DNA from: an uncultured Alphaproteobacteria bacterium
GTDB lineage: Bacteria; Pseudomonadota; Alphaproteobacteria; ATCC43930; CGMCC-115725
DNA length: 64,000 nucleotides
Direction: 5' to 3'
NCBI GenBank assembly: GCA_963703855.1
Contig: CAVPFW010000023.1
Location: 42,961 to 106,960, forward strand
Part shown: in pieces, positions 8,177-17,070 of the stretch
Layout: every line of letters begins with the position of its first letter
How positions within the stretch are numbered: position 1 is the stretch's first letter
Notes under the pieces: model-generated
Databases searched by the model: none
Seen by the model: only the letters and a program-made list of their open reading frames with translations
Told to the model about the DNA's origin: nothing
Position numbers and translations under genes: made by a program

Positions 8177-9261
8177 CCTCCGTTTCGGATGCCGCCCAGC
8201 CCCGTACGGCCCCCGCGCTCGGCACCTTCGAGCGCTGGCTGACCTTGTGGGTGGCGCTGTGCATCCTCGCCGGCATCGGGCTCGGCCGGCTGGCGCCGGA
8301 ACCGTTCCAGATGCTGGGGCGGATGACCGTCGCCCAAGTCAACATCCCGGTCGCGGTGCTGATCTGGCTGATGATCGTGCCGATGCTGCTCAAGGTCGAT
8401 TTCGGCGCCTTGCACCGGGTCGCCGAGCAATGGCGCGGCATCGCCGTGACCGTCGGGGTCAACTGGCTGGTCAAGCCGTTCAGCATGGCCTTGCTCGGGT
8501 GGCTGTTCATCGGCTGGCTGTTCCGGCCCTGGCTGCCGGCGGGTCAGATCGACAGCTACATTGCCGGGCTCATTCTGCTGGCCGCCGCACCCTGCACGGC
8601 GATGGTGTTCGTGTGGTCGAACCTGACCGACGGCGAGCCGAATTTCACCCTGACCCAGGTTGCGCTCAACGACACGATCATGATCTTTGCCTTTGCCCCG
8701 ATCGTCGGGCTGTTGCTCGGCCTGTCCTCGATCACGGTGCCGTGGGCGACGTTGTTCCTGTCGGTCGCGCTCTACATCGTCGTGCCGGTGATCGCCGCGC
8801 AGCTGTGGCGGCGCAGGGTCCTGGCGCGCGCGGGCGAGAAGGGGCTGGCCCGGCTGCTGCGGGTTTTGCAGCCGGTCTCGCTGATTGCATTGCTTGCGAC
8901 CCTGGTGCTGCTGTTCGGCTTCCAAGGCGAAGAGATCATCCGCCAGCCATTGGTGATCCTGCTGCTGGCGGTGCCGATCGTGATCCAGGTCTATCTGAAC
9001 GCCGGCATCGCCTATGGGCTCAACCGCGCGCTCGGCGTGCCGCACAATGTCGCCTGTCCGTCGGCGTTGATCGGCGCCTCGAACTTTTTCGAGCTGGCGG
9101 TGGCGGCGGCGATCGCCTTGTTCGGGTTCCAGTCGGGCGCGGCGCTGGCCACCGTCGTCGGCGTTCTGGTCGAAGTGCCGGTGATGCTGTCCGTCGTGCA
9201 TTTGAGCTTGCGCAGCCGCGCATGGTACGAGCGCCGCGAAGCGCCGCCGCGGCGCGGTTAG
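8173..9261 (+). CDS. acr3: ACR3 family arsenite efflux permease
   Basis: Internal ATG at 8173 (ATGA overlap with the arsC stop). MTSVSDAAQPRTAPALGTFERWLTLWVALCILAGIGLG...LIWLMIVPMLLKVDF...LAAAPCTAMVFVWS is the typical ACR3 topology with its conserved Cys. Confidence 0.9.
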   Translation: MTSVSDAAQPRTAPALGTFERWLTLWVALCILAGIGLGRLAPEPFQMLGRMTVAQVNIPVAVLIWLMIVPMLLKVDFGALHRVAEQWRGIAVTVGVNWLVKPFSMALLGWLFIGWLFRPWLPAGQIDSYIAGLILLAAAPCTAMVFVWSNLTDGEPNFTLTQVALNDTIMIFAFAPIVGLLLGLSSITVPWATLFLSVALYIVVPVIAAQLWRRRVLARAGEKGLARLLRVLQPVSLIALLATLVLLFGFQGEEIIRQPLVILLLAVPIVIQVYLNAGIAYGLNRALGVPHNVACPSALIGASNFFELAVAAAIALFGFQSGAALATVVGVLVEVPVMLSVVHLSLRSRAWYERREAPPRRG

Positions 9262-9752
9262 ACCGGGTAGACGAGCGAGGTCGGGACGATCGTCGAATCG
9301 TAGACGCAGATCCGCTCGGCAAAGTGCAGCCGGGTCCCGTCGTCGACCACCCGATCGCGGTATTGGCCGCACAGGAACAGCTCGGAGGGGCGGTCGACCA
9401 TCGTCTGAAGCAGTGCGAAACTCGCAGTCAGGCGAAGCCCGTCGGCGCCGATCGCGCGCAGCCGGATGTTGCCGGTCAGATGCCGGATAAACCGCGGCAC
9501 ATAGAGTGCGGTTTCGCGGATGGCGACCACCCGATCGACCAGCATGCCGCGGCTTTCGCAATAAATTAAGGCGATCGGCAATCCCAGCTCGAAATTCTCG
9601 CGCGGAACGATCTTGTAGACGCAATCCTCGGTGAAGAAATCGGGCCAGGATTCGAGCGCGCCCTCGTCGAGCGCATCGGCGTAGGCGCAATACAGATCAG
9701 CCAGCCGCATACGCAGCGCGACAGGCGCGTCGAGGCCCGGTGCGGCGATCAT
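9258..9752 (-). CDS. Aromatic-ring-hydroxylating dioxygenase, beta (small) subunit
   Basis: Internal ATG at 9752. MIAAPGLDAPVALRMRLADLYCAYADALDEGALESWPDFFTEDCVYKIVPRENF...ALYVPRFIRHLTGNIR has NTF2-like small-subunit features. It starts 5 nt after the alpha-subunit stop. Confidence 0.75.
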   Translation of the reverse strand: MIAAPGLDAPVALRMRLADLYCAYADALDEGALESWPDFFTEDCVYKIVPRENFELGLPIALIYCESRGMLVDRVVAIRETALYVPRFIRHLTGNIRLRAIGADGLRLTASFALLQTMVDRPSELFLCGQYRDRVVDDGTRLHFAERICVYDSTIVPTSLVYPV

Positions 9753-9757
9753 CGCCG

Positions 9758-11029
9758 TCAGAGGCTCATCACCCGGCGATAATGCTGGTACAAGCCGCGG
9801 ATCGCGGTCTCGGTGACCATGTGCGGTTCGTCTTGGACCCCGCGGCCCCCCATTTCGGCAACGCATTCCGCTCCGTCACTGCCGGCGATTCCCGCTTGCG
9901 ACAGCAGCATCGCCTCACTGTCGTCGAGCGAGACGAGGCCAGCCGGCCCCATCAGATTGGCCTGACGCAAGCGGCGTTGGCGCATGTCGGGCGCGTCGTC
10001 GGCATAGCCGAAAAAGGTCCAGGCGAGATCGAATTGTCCGGCGTCGATCGGAATGATCTGCCGCGTCGCCAGAGTATTCGACTGCTGCTGCACGATCAGG
10101 TTCGGCCACAAGGTTTGCATGACCACGGTGGCGTCGCCGGCAAATTCGCGCACCGGCTCCAACAGCCGCGGATCGCGCAACGTAAAGTTCGACTTGAACG
10201 CGCGCATTTGCCGGGTCGCCTCGTTCTCCTGCTGCTCGCCCCGGCGGCTGACCAGCACGGCATGCCGCCCGGTCGGGTCCATCTCGATGGCCGATTTCTG
10301 ATCGAGGCGAAAGAGCCCGAAGGTCACCAGGAAAACGTGCAGCAGGCTGGCGTGATACGGATCCTTGATGTTCTCGAACATCAGCTTCCAATTGCTCGGG
10401 ATGCGCTGGCGCAAATAGCCCAGCACGACGAGCTCGCGGCCGTCGAACACGCGGTCGAAATAACCGAGCATGTTGTCGCCGAGATATTGCTCGAACGGCT
10501 CCGTCGCCTCGGAAAAGCTGGCGAGGACGACCCCGTGGCGACGCGTTACCGCAAGGCGCTGCAGCCCGTGCTCCTCCAGGCGGAAGTCGGCCGGCATGCC
10601 GCCTTGCCCGCGAAACCCGCGGCGGAACGGCACGCCGAGTAATTTCCCGCCGAGGTCGTAGGTCCACTGGTGATAGGGGCAGACGAATTCTTTGGCCGAG
10701 CCGCGCGCGGCCGAGCAGAACTGCGCGCTGCGGTGGGCGCAACGGTTGACCAGGACCTGCACCGCGCCGGCGCCGTCGCGCACCGCGACGACCTCGACCG
10801 CACCGAGCCGGCTGCGCTTGAAGTCACCGGGCTTCGAAAGCTCGGCTTCGAGACAGACGTAGAGCCAGCTCGGGCCGGCAAAGATGCATTCCTGCTCGCG
10901 CGCAAAAATCCCGGGATCGGTATACACCCAGTTCGGGATGCGCGAGCTGCCGTCCGGCCAGCGCCGCCCCGACGATTTGTCGGGGACGGTGTCGATCGGG
11001 GGTCCGACGGCTGCATCGGCTGATGGCAT
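9758..11029 (-). CDS. Rieske [2Fe-2S] aromatic-ring-hydroxylating dioxygenase, alpha subunit
   Basis: The Rieske motif is CAHRSAQFC...CPYHQWTY. The catalytic-domain residues NWKLMFENIKDPYHASLLH are present. 423 aa. Confidence 0.85.
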   Translation of the reverse strand: MPSADAAVGPPIDTVPDKSSGRRWPDGSSRIPNWVYTDPGIFAREQECIFAGPSWLYVCLEAELSKPGDFKRSRLGAVEVVAVRDGAGAVQVLVNRCAHRSAQFCSAARGSAKEFVCPYHQWTYDLGGKLLGVPFRRGFRGQGGMPADFRLEEHGLQRLAVTRRHGVVLASFSEATEPFEQYLGDNMLGYFDRVFDGRELVVLGYLRQRIPSNWKLMFENIKDPYHASLLHVFLVTFGLFRLDQKSAIEMDPTGRHAVLVSRRGEQQENEATRQMRAFKSNFTLRDPRLLEPVREFAGDATVVMQTLWPNLIVQQQSNTLATRQIIPIDAGQFDLAWTFFGYADDAPDMRQRRLRQANLMGPAGLVSLDDSEAMLLSQAGIAGSDGAECVAEMGGRGVQDEPHMVTETAIRGLYQHYRRVMSL

Positions 11030-11065
11030 GGCTCGCTCCGGCGCTGGGTTCGATCGGCTGCTATC

Positions 11066-12202
11066 CTACACCCCCCGCACCGTCTCTTCGATCAGCCAGT
11101 CGACGACGGCGAAAAGGGCTTCGCGGCGGGCGGCGCCGGCGGCAAGGGCGCGCTCGAAGATCGCGAGCTGGCGGTGGGCGCTGGTGCCGCGGGCGAGGAT
11201 TTCGCGGGCGTGCGCGACCTCGTCGAGGCAGCCGAGATGGCGGGCGTCCGGTTCGATCAGGGTCAGGATCTCTTCGAGCAGATCGGCGTAGGGGACGATG
11301 GCGCCGCGGCCGAAATCAACGAGGCCCCGGTCGGTGCCGTAGCGCTGCGCGCGCCAGCGGTTCTCGTCGATCAGCATGCGCGCATAGATCCGCCAGCGCT
11401 GGTTCTGGCGCTTCAGCCGCCACAGCATGCGCAGGAGGCAGCGGAACAAGGCGGCGATCGACAGCGAATCATCGAGGGTGGTGCAGCTGTCGGCGATGCG
11501 CATTTCGAGGGTCGGAAAACGCTCGCTCGGGCGCAGGTCCCACCACAATTTGGTCGCGTCCTCGATCAGCCCGGCACCCTTGAGGATATCGACGTGGCGG
11601 CGGTATTCGCCCCAGCTGTCGAAGCGCTCGGGCGTGCCGGTGCGCGGCAATTCGTCGAACACCGCGAGCCGATAGGATTTGAGCCCGGTATCCTCGCCAT
11701 GCCAGAACGGCGAGGAGGTCGACAATGCCAGCAGATGCGGCAGGAAATAGGAGGCCTGGTTCAACAGGTCGATGCGCAGTTCGTCGTCCGGGATGCCGAT
11801 ATGGACATGCAGCCCGCAGATCGCGAGCCGCCGCCCGACCCCCTGCAGATCGTCGCGCAGATCGGCATAGCGGCGGCGCTCGGTGGTCTTCTGCGCGTCC
11901 CAGCGGGCGAAGGGATGGGTGGCCGCGGCGATCGGCGCCATGCCGTGCCGCGCGGCCACGGCCGCGACCGTCGCGCGCAGCCGGCAGAGATCGGTGCGCG
12001 CCACGGCGAGGCTGGCGCAGACCCGCGTGCCCACCTCGATCTGCGAGCGCAGAAACTCCGGCCCGACCTGCCCCGCCAGCAACGCCTCGCACTCGGCCAG
12101 CATCGCCGCCGGCGGGTCCTCGACAACGCCGCGCGTCGCCCGATCGACGAGGAAATATTCCTCCTCGATGCCAAGGGTGAATTCAGGTTCGGCCGCCGCC
12201 AT
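11066..12202 (-). CDS. ybdK: Carboxylate-amine ligase, YbdK / glutamate-cysteine ligase family 2
   Basis: Internal ATG at 12202 of track ORF 11066..12580. [20 protein letters not shown]...[38 protein letters not shown]...[19 protein letters not shown] are the GCS2 signature blocks. Confidence 0.85.
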   Translation of the reverse strand: MAAAEPEFTLGIEEEYFLVDRATRGVVEDPPAAMLAECEALLAGQVGPEFLRSQIEVGTRVCASLAVARTDLCRLRATVAAVAARHGMAPIAAATHPFARWDAQKTTERRRYADLRDDLQGVGRRLAICGLHVHIGIPDDELRIDLLNQASYFLPHLLALSTSSPFWHGEDTGLKSYRLAVFDELPRTGTPERFDSWGEYRRHVDILKGAGLIEDATKLWWDLRPSERFPTLEMRIADSCTTLDDSLSIAALFRCLLRMLWRLKRQNQRWRIYARMLIDENRWRAQRYGTDRGLVDFGRGAIVPYADLLEEILTLIEPDARHLGCLDEVAHAREILARGTSAHRQLAIFERALAAGAARREALFAVVDWLIEETVRGV

Positions 12203-12204
12203 CG

Positions 12205-12513
12205 TCAGCGCTTGTCGGCGCCCGTGATCCCGGTGCGCACCGGCAACGGCGGCACGGGGCGGCGGTCGCAAACCAGGTTCCAATAGGCCCAGGATCGCGC
12301 GTCGAAAATGCCGGGCGGCGCATGCTCCAGCGCCTGGCGATACTCGTCCTTGCCGACGATCCCACGCAGCGCCCGCAGGTCTTCGACCGTGCCGAACACC
12401 ATGACATGGGCGAGAAACTGCAAGGGGTCGGCCAATGCCCGCGACGGCTCCTCGAACCAGACGACGCGGCGCGCCACCCGCAGCAGTTCGGACGTGGCCG
12501 GCAGGGTCTTCAT
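12205..12513 (-). CDS. Small conserved hypothetical protein (102 aa), probably translationally coupled to ybdK
   Basis: ATG at 12513. [80 protein letters not shown]... The stop lies 2 nt before the ybdK ATG. I cannot assign a family with confidence. Confidence 0.55.
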   Translation of the reverse strand: MKTLPATSELLRVARRVVWFEEPSRALADPLQFLAHVMVFGTVEDLRALRGIVGKDEYRQALEHAPPGIFDARSWAYWNLVCDRRPVPPLPVRTGITGADKR

Positions 12514-12557
12514 GGCGCGCTGCCCCGCTCCAGATTGCGCGCGCCGCGAGTTCGTGG

Positions 12558-12580
12558 ATGGCCGGGACAAGCCCGGCCAT
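12558..12580. repeat. REP-type palindrome (family 4)
   Basis: ATGGCCGGG-ACAA-GCCCGGCCAT is a perfect hairpin. This is the sequence that yields the spurious peptide GRDKPGHD in many alphaproteobacterial genomes. Confidence 0.6.
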
Positions 12581-12596
12581 GACAGTTTGAGCGGAT

Positions 12597-12650
12597 CTTG
12601 CGTCTGAGTGAATTTGTGTCTGCGTGAATTCTGTGTCTGCGTCTGAGCAC
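12597..12650. repeat. Imperfect tandem repeat of about 16 nt, roughly 3 units
   Basis: The units are CTTGCGTCTGAGTGAATT / TGTGTCTGCGTGAATT / CTGTGTCTGCGTCTGAGCAC. The repeat lies immediately downstream of the hydrolase stop and upstream of the small ORF. Confidence 0.5.
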
Positions 12651-13537
12651 TAGCGCATGCCGAGGATCGAGCCGGTTACCGCGCGGGGGTCGCGGCGGGG
12701 CCAGCGGCCGCGCTCGACCTGGTGGAAGAACTCGGCGAGGGTACGGTTGAACAGGTCGGGCTCTTCGAGGTTGAGGGCGTGGCCGGTGTTCGGGAACACG
12801 ATCAGCGCCGCGGAGGGAATTGTCCGCTTCATCAAGAGGCCGGGCTCGAGGCACGGGTCGTCCTCGTCGCCGGTCATGACCAGGGTCGGCACATCGAGAT
12901 GGCGCATCCGATCGGTCAGATCCCACAGGGACGGGCGCTGCGCCTGGACGCCGCGCATGGTCAGGGCCGAGCCCCTGGTCGAATGCCCGGCGAGGTTGGC
13001 GGCGAACTCGCTCCAGCCACGCGGGTCCTTGTTCTGGAACTGTACCCGGCTCGGGCCCTGCGCGTAGGATTTGCTGGCGACGCCCATGCCCTCGCCTTCT
13101 ATCAGGGCGATGGTCTTGGCGGTCTCGTCGTGGAACTGCTGGCGTTTGCCGGGCTCGGCGCCGTAGCCGCAGCCGGCGACCACCAATGACAGGGCCCGAT
13201 CGGGATAGGCGAGGCCGAAATGCAGCACCGCGAACCCGCCCATCGAGATGCCGACGACATGCGCCTTGTCGATCGCGAGCGCGTCGAGCACGGCGCGGAT
13301 GTCGTCCCTGGCGCGATCCTGCGAATAGCGCGCCGGGTCTTCGGGCACGTCCGAGGGCGGATAGCCGCGCGCGTTGTAGGCGATCGAGCGATAGCGCCGC
13401 CCGAAACAGCGCATCTGCCCTTCGTAGCCCCGATAATCGTCGGCGAATTCGTGAACGAGGACGATCGGCGTCCCCGACCCGGTCTCTTCGTAATAGAGCC
13501 GGACCCCGTCATCGGTCGTCAAATGCGGCATCGCCAT
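12650..13537 (-). CDS. Alpha/beta-fold hydrolase
   Basis: DGVRLYYEETGSGTPIVLVHEF..., nucleophile elbow GISMGG, and a C-terminal H in FPNTGHALNLEEPDLF. 295 aa. Confidence 0.8.
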   Translation of the reverse strand: MAMPHLTTDDGVRLYYEETGSGTPIVLVHEFADDYRGYEGQMRCFGRRYRSIAYNARGYPPSDVPEDPARYSQDRARDDIRAVLDALAIDKAHVVGISMGGFAVLHFGLAYPDRALSLVVAGCGYGAEPGKRQQFHDETAKTIALIEGEGMGVASKSYAQGPSRVQFQNKDPRGWSEFAANLAGHSTRGSALTMRGVQAQRPSLWDLTDRMRHLDVPTLVMTGDEDDPCLEPGLLMKRTIPSAALIVFPNTGHALNLEEPDLFNRTLAEFFHQVERGRWPRRDPRAVTGSILGMR

Positions 13538-13559
13538 CCCCTTCCTGAATGCGGCGATC

Positions 13560-14351
13560 TCACCATTTGTTGCGCAATTCGCGCAGCTTCAGGAACACGG
13601 TGCGCGGGTCGGGATTGTCGGGCAGGTCGGGGAAGGCTTCGCGCAGGCGGCGGATCACCGACGGGCTGGTCAGCCGGAAAAAGGTGTTGATCTCGCGCTC
13701 CTGCGCCAAGGTGGTGACGAGCGGCCGGTTCGTGTCCTGGTTCTCGACCCGCGGCAGCACCTCCTTGGCGCGCGCGTTGTCCGGCTCGCGGTCGAGGGTA
13801 AAGGCGAGGTTGCGCGCGATGTAGTCGTGCCCCGGATAGATCAGGGTCTCCTCCGGCAATTTGGCGAGCTGGCCGACAAAGCTGTTGTAGAGCTCGTTCG
13901 GGTGGCCGCCATTGTGGCAATTGCCGGCGCCGGCGTTGAACAGGGTATCGCCGCAGAACAATCCCGGCGCGTCGCCATGCGCCAGGATGCAGATGTGCGA
14001 CATCGTGTGGCCCGGGGTGTCGAGGCATTCGAGCTCGACCGTCTTGCCGACCCGGATCACGTCGCCGGCGCGCAGGCCCTGGTCCATCTCCGCGATCTTG
14101 TCCCTGGCGTTGGCATGGGCCAGCACCTTGGCCCCGGTCGCCGCCACCATCTGCGGGTTGCCGCCGGTATGGTCGCGATGCTCGTGGGTGTTCAGGATCT
14201 GGGTGATGGTCCAGCCCCGCGCCTTGGCGGCAGCGAGGCACTTTTCGTGGTCGAGCGGGTCGACCGCCAGCGCCTCTCCGGTCTCTCCGCAGGCGATCAG
14301 ATAATTGAAGTTGCGCCCGGCATTCGCGGTCCAGATCTGTTCGACGATCAT
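13560..14351 (-). CDS. gloB: Hydroxyacylglutathione hydrolase (glyoxalase II, MBL fold)
   Basis: Internal ATG at 14351. MIVEQIWTANAGRNFNYLIACGETGEALAVDP..., metal motif THEHRDHTGGN, TPGHTMSHI, and the C-terminal NTFFRL...FLKLRELRNKW typical of GloB. Confidence 0.85.
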   Translation of the reverse strand: MIVEQIWTANAGRNFNYLIACGETGEALAVDPLDHEKCLAAAKARGWTITQILNTHEHRDHTGGNPQMVAATGAKVLAHANARDKIAEMDQGLRAGDVIRVGKTVELECLDTPGHTMSHICILAHGDAPGLFCGDTLFNAGAGNCHNGGHPNELYNSFVGQLAKLPEETLIYPGHDYIARNLAFTLDREPDNARAKEVLPRVENQDTNRPLVTTLAQEREINTFFRLTSPSVIRRLREAFPDLPDNPDPRTVFLKLRELRNKW

Positions 14352-14653
14352 TGCTCGCCCCTTCGATGTTGAGCCGATCATAATGAGGACCGGTGCACGC
14401 ACCCGCCTCGGTCCGCTTCTATTGCGCGGGGCCGGGCTTGTCCATCGCCGCGCGCCGATACTCGGCCGGCGTCGGCCGGACGGGCGAGCCGGCGCCGGTC
14501 CGCGCGGGTGGTGCAAGGCTCCGCAGCCTGTGACAATTTCGCGGCTCGGGCTGTTTCATTTGCGGGGATGCGCGCCGCCGGCCATGCCGTAATCGATCTG
14601 GGCACCAGTCGGGCGCTGACGACTTTCGGACGCGGGGGTTTTAGTCTGCGGGG

Positions 14654-15445
14654 ATGCGCCAAACTTTTCGCGCCGTAATCATCACCGGGGCTTCGAGCGG
14701 GCTCGGCGCCGCCCTGGCCGAGGCTTATGCCGGGCCGGGGACGATGCTGGGCCTGCTCGGGCGCGACCGGCAGCGGCTGGGGGCGTCCGCCGATGCCTGC
14801 GAGGCGAAGGGGGCGATGGTGCGGGTGGGGGCGATCGACGTAGCCGACGCGCCGGCGATGGCCGCGTGGCTCACCCAATTCGATCGCGACCATCCGGTCG
14901 ACCTGGTGGTCGCCAATGCCGGCACCTCGGCCGGGCCGGCCCCCGACAGCCCGTCCGAGGGTATCGAGACCGCCGCACGGCAGGTTCGGGTGAACCTGCT
15001 CGGTGCGATCAACACGGTCGAGCCGCTGCTGCCGGCGATGTGCGCGCGACGCCGCGGGACCATCGCCATGGTGGCCTCGATCGCGGCCTATCGCGGGCTC
15101 CCCTACAGCCCCGGCTACTGCGCCAGCAAAGCCGGGCTGCGCGCCTATGCCGAGGCGCTGCGGCCGCGCCTCGCGCCGCGCGGCGTCGAGGTCACGATCG
15201 TGTGCCCCGGCTTTTTCGATTCGCCGATGACCGACCGGTTCGACGGGCCGACCCCGTTTCTGCGCCAGGGCGGCGATGCAGCGCGGATCGTTAAGCGCGG
15301 CATCGATCGCGGCCGGCGCCGGGTCGCCTTTCCGTGGCCGCTCGTGCTCGGCCTGCAATTCTGCGACATCGCGCCGGCCCTGATCGGCGACGCGATCCTG
15401 CGGCGCTTTCGCTTTCATATCCGGCCCGATCCCGGCGCTGGATGA
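14654..15445 (+). CDS. Short-chain dehydrogenase/reductase (SDR)
   Basis: The cofactor motif is ITGASSGLGAALA. The catalytic motif is YCASKAGLRAY. The stop overlaps the next start (ATGA). Confidence 0.8.
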   Translation: MRQTFRAVIITGASSGLGAALAEAYAGPGTMLGLLGRDRQRLGASADACEAKGAMVRVGAIDVADAPAMAAWLTQFDRDHPVDLVVANAGTSAGPAPDSPSEGIETAARQVRVNLLGAINTVEPLLPAMCARRRGTIAMVASIAAYRGLPYSPGYCASKAGLRAYAEALRPRLAPRGVEVTIVCPGFFDSPMTDRFDGPTPFLRQGGDAARIVKRGIDRGRRRVAFPWPLVLGLQFCDIAPALIGDAILRRFRFHIRPDPGAG

Positions 15446-17002
15446 GCGGGCTGCTCCAGCTTGCGCTCGGCGCGCTGCTGGCGCTGGCGGCTTGGCTGAT
15501 CCCGCGCCATGTCGCCAAGGCGCGGATGGTTGGGGTGCCGGCGGTTCTGCTCGACCTCTTCCCGGTGCCGCTGGCAGGTGGTCTGCTGCTGATTGCAACC
15601 GGGCGGCCGATATTTGCCGGGCTCGTGCTGCTGTCGCTTGGCGCCGGGTTCGCGCTCGCCGACCGCACCAAGCGCGAGGTGCTGCGCGAGCCGGTGGTCT
15701 TTTCCGAGATGTCCGAATTGCCGCATGTCTTCACCCACCCGCAGCTCTATCTGCCGTTCGCCGGACCGGGTCTCGTGATCGGCGGGGCATTCGCGGCGAT
15801 TGCTCTCGGGCTGGCTCTGCTGCTGCTCGAACCGCCGTTGTGGCGGCCGGATGCGGCGGCGATCGCGGCCGCGATCGCAACCGTGGCAGGGGCCGGGTGG
15901 GCGATGTCGCGCGAACCGGGGCTCGGCGCCGCGGCGGCGCTGTTGCGGCGTCTCGGTCCCACCGGCGAGCCGTTTGAAGACGCGGCGACGCTGGGCCCGT
16001 TTGCGATCCTCCTCGTTTACGGCATCATCGCCCGCGCCGAGCGCGCCCAGCGTCGCGCCCGTCACCCGCCGTTGTCGGCGCCGGCGTTGGTGCGCACCGC
16101 GGCCGCGGTGCCGGTCGTCCTGGTGCAGTGCGAGTTGTTCTTCGACGCGCGGCGGGTGTCGCCGATGGTGCCGCGCGATCTGCTGCCCGGCGTTGACGCC
16201 TGCCTCGCAGAGGGGGCGACGTTCGGCCGGCTCGAGGTTGCGGGCTGGGGCGCCAACACGATGCGGGCCGAGTTCGCGGTGCTGACCGGCATCCCCGAGA
16301 GCGATCTCGGCTACGACCGGTTCAACCCCTATCACGCGTTTGCGCGCGCGCCGGTCGCCTCGCTGGTCTGGCGCTTGCGCGGCGAAGGCTACCGCACCTT
16401 GTGCCTGCACCCGTTCGACCGCGGCTTTTTCCGCCGCGATCTGACCCTGCCCAAGCTCGGCTTCGAGACCTTTCTCGGCCGCGAAACCCTAGGCGGGTCG
16501 CGCCGGCCGCCCTATCGCTCCGACCCCGATCTTGCCGCTCAGGTGCTGAGCGCCCTTGAGGAGGCGGGGCCGCGCACCTTCATCTTCGTGATCACGATGG
16601 GCAATCACGGACCCTGGCTCGAGTTCGGGACCGCCGATCGACCCCGGGCTGCGCCGGCGCTTCGACCCGGCCGGCATACCGCAGGGCGGCCAATTGCTGC
16701 GCTATCTCGACGGGTTGGCGCGGTCGGACGAGATGCTCCGGATATTAACGCAAGCCCTGGGGCCGCGCGGTCATGACGGCGTGCTCGGCTTTTACGGCGA
16801 CCACCTGCCGAGCCTGCCGCACGCGTTCGCCCATTTCGGCTTTGACGAGTGGGCGAGCGACTACGTGCTGCTCGACGGCGCCGCTCCGCGCGTGCAACGG
16901 CGCGACTTGGCGGCCGATTTGCTGCCCTGGATGATCCTCGACCGGCTGCGTCGCAGAGGTGCTGTCGAAGCACGCCGGGCGGCGGTGGTCGGCGCGGCTT
17001 GA
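15442..17002 (+). pseudogene. Membrane-anchored LTA-synthase / sulfatase-like (alkaline-phosphatase superfamily) protein; frame broken by 1 extra nt at the GGG run 16627-16629
   Basis: Frame 1 reads MSGLLQLALGALLALAAWLI... (several TM segments) ...VLVQCELFFDARR...ANTMRAEFAVLTGIPES...FIFVITMGNHGPWLEF. The sequence then continues sensibly only in frame 2: GPPIDPGLRRRFDPAGIPQGGQLLRYLDGLARSDEMLRILTQALGPRGHDGVLGFYGDHLPSLPHAF..., stop at 17002. The 1561-nt length is not a multiple of 3. This could be a sequencing error rather than true decay. Confidence 0.6.
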
Positions 17003-17070
17003 CACCGGCCGCGGACAGCGCCGAACATCCGCCGGCCGCAGGACCGGGCGCCGGCGGAGGGAAGTCAAGG

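Noticed and set aside
7762-9690. Very long ORFs antisense to recognised genes, for example 7762..9690(-), 28161..30617(+), 34266..37145(+), 39428..42169(-), 42238..43788(-), 49101..51563(+), 19655..21589(-) and 21515..23947(+).
   Set aside because: Their translations are dominated by Arg/Pro/Gly/Ala/Asp runs with no recognisable domains. Each lies opposite a gene with strong family signatures. Such shadow ORFs are expected in roughly two-thirds G+C DNA because stop codons are rare.
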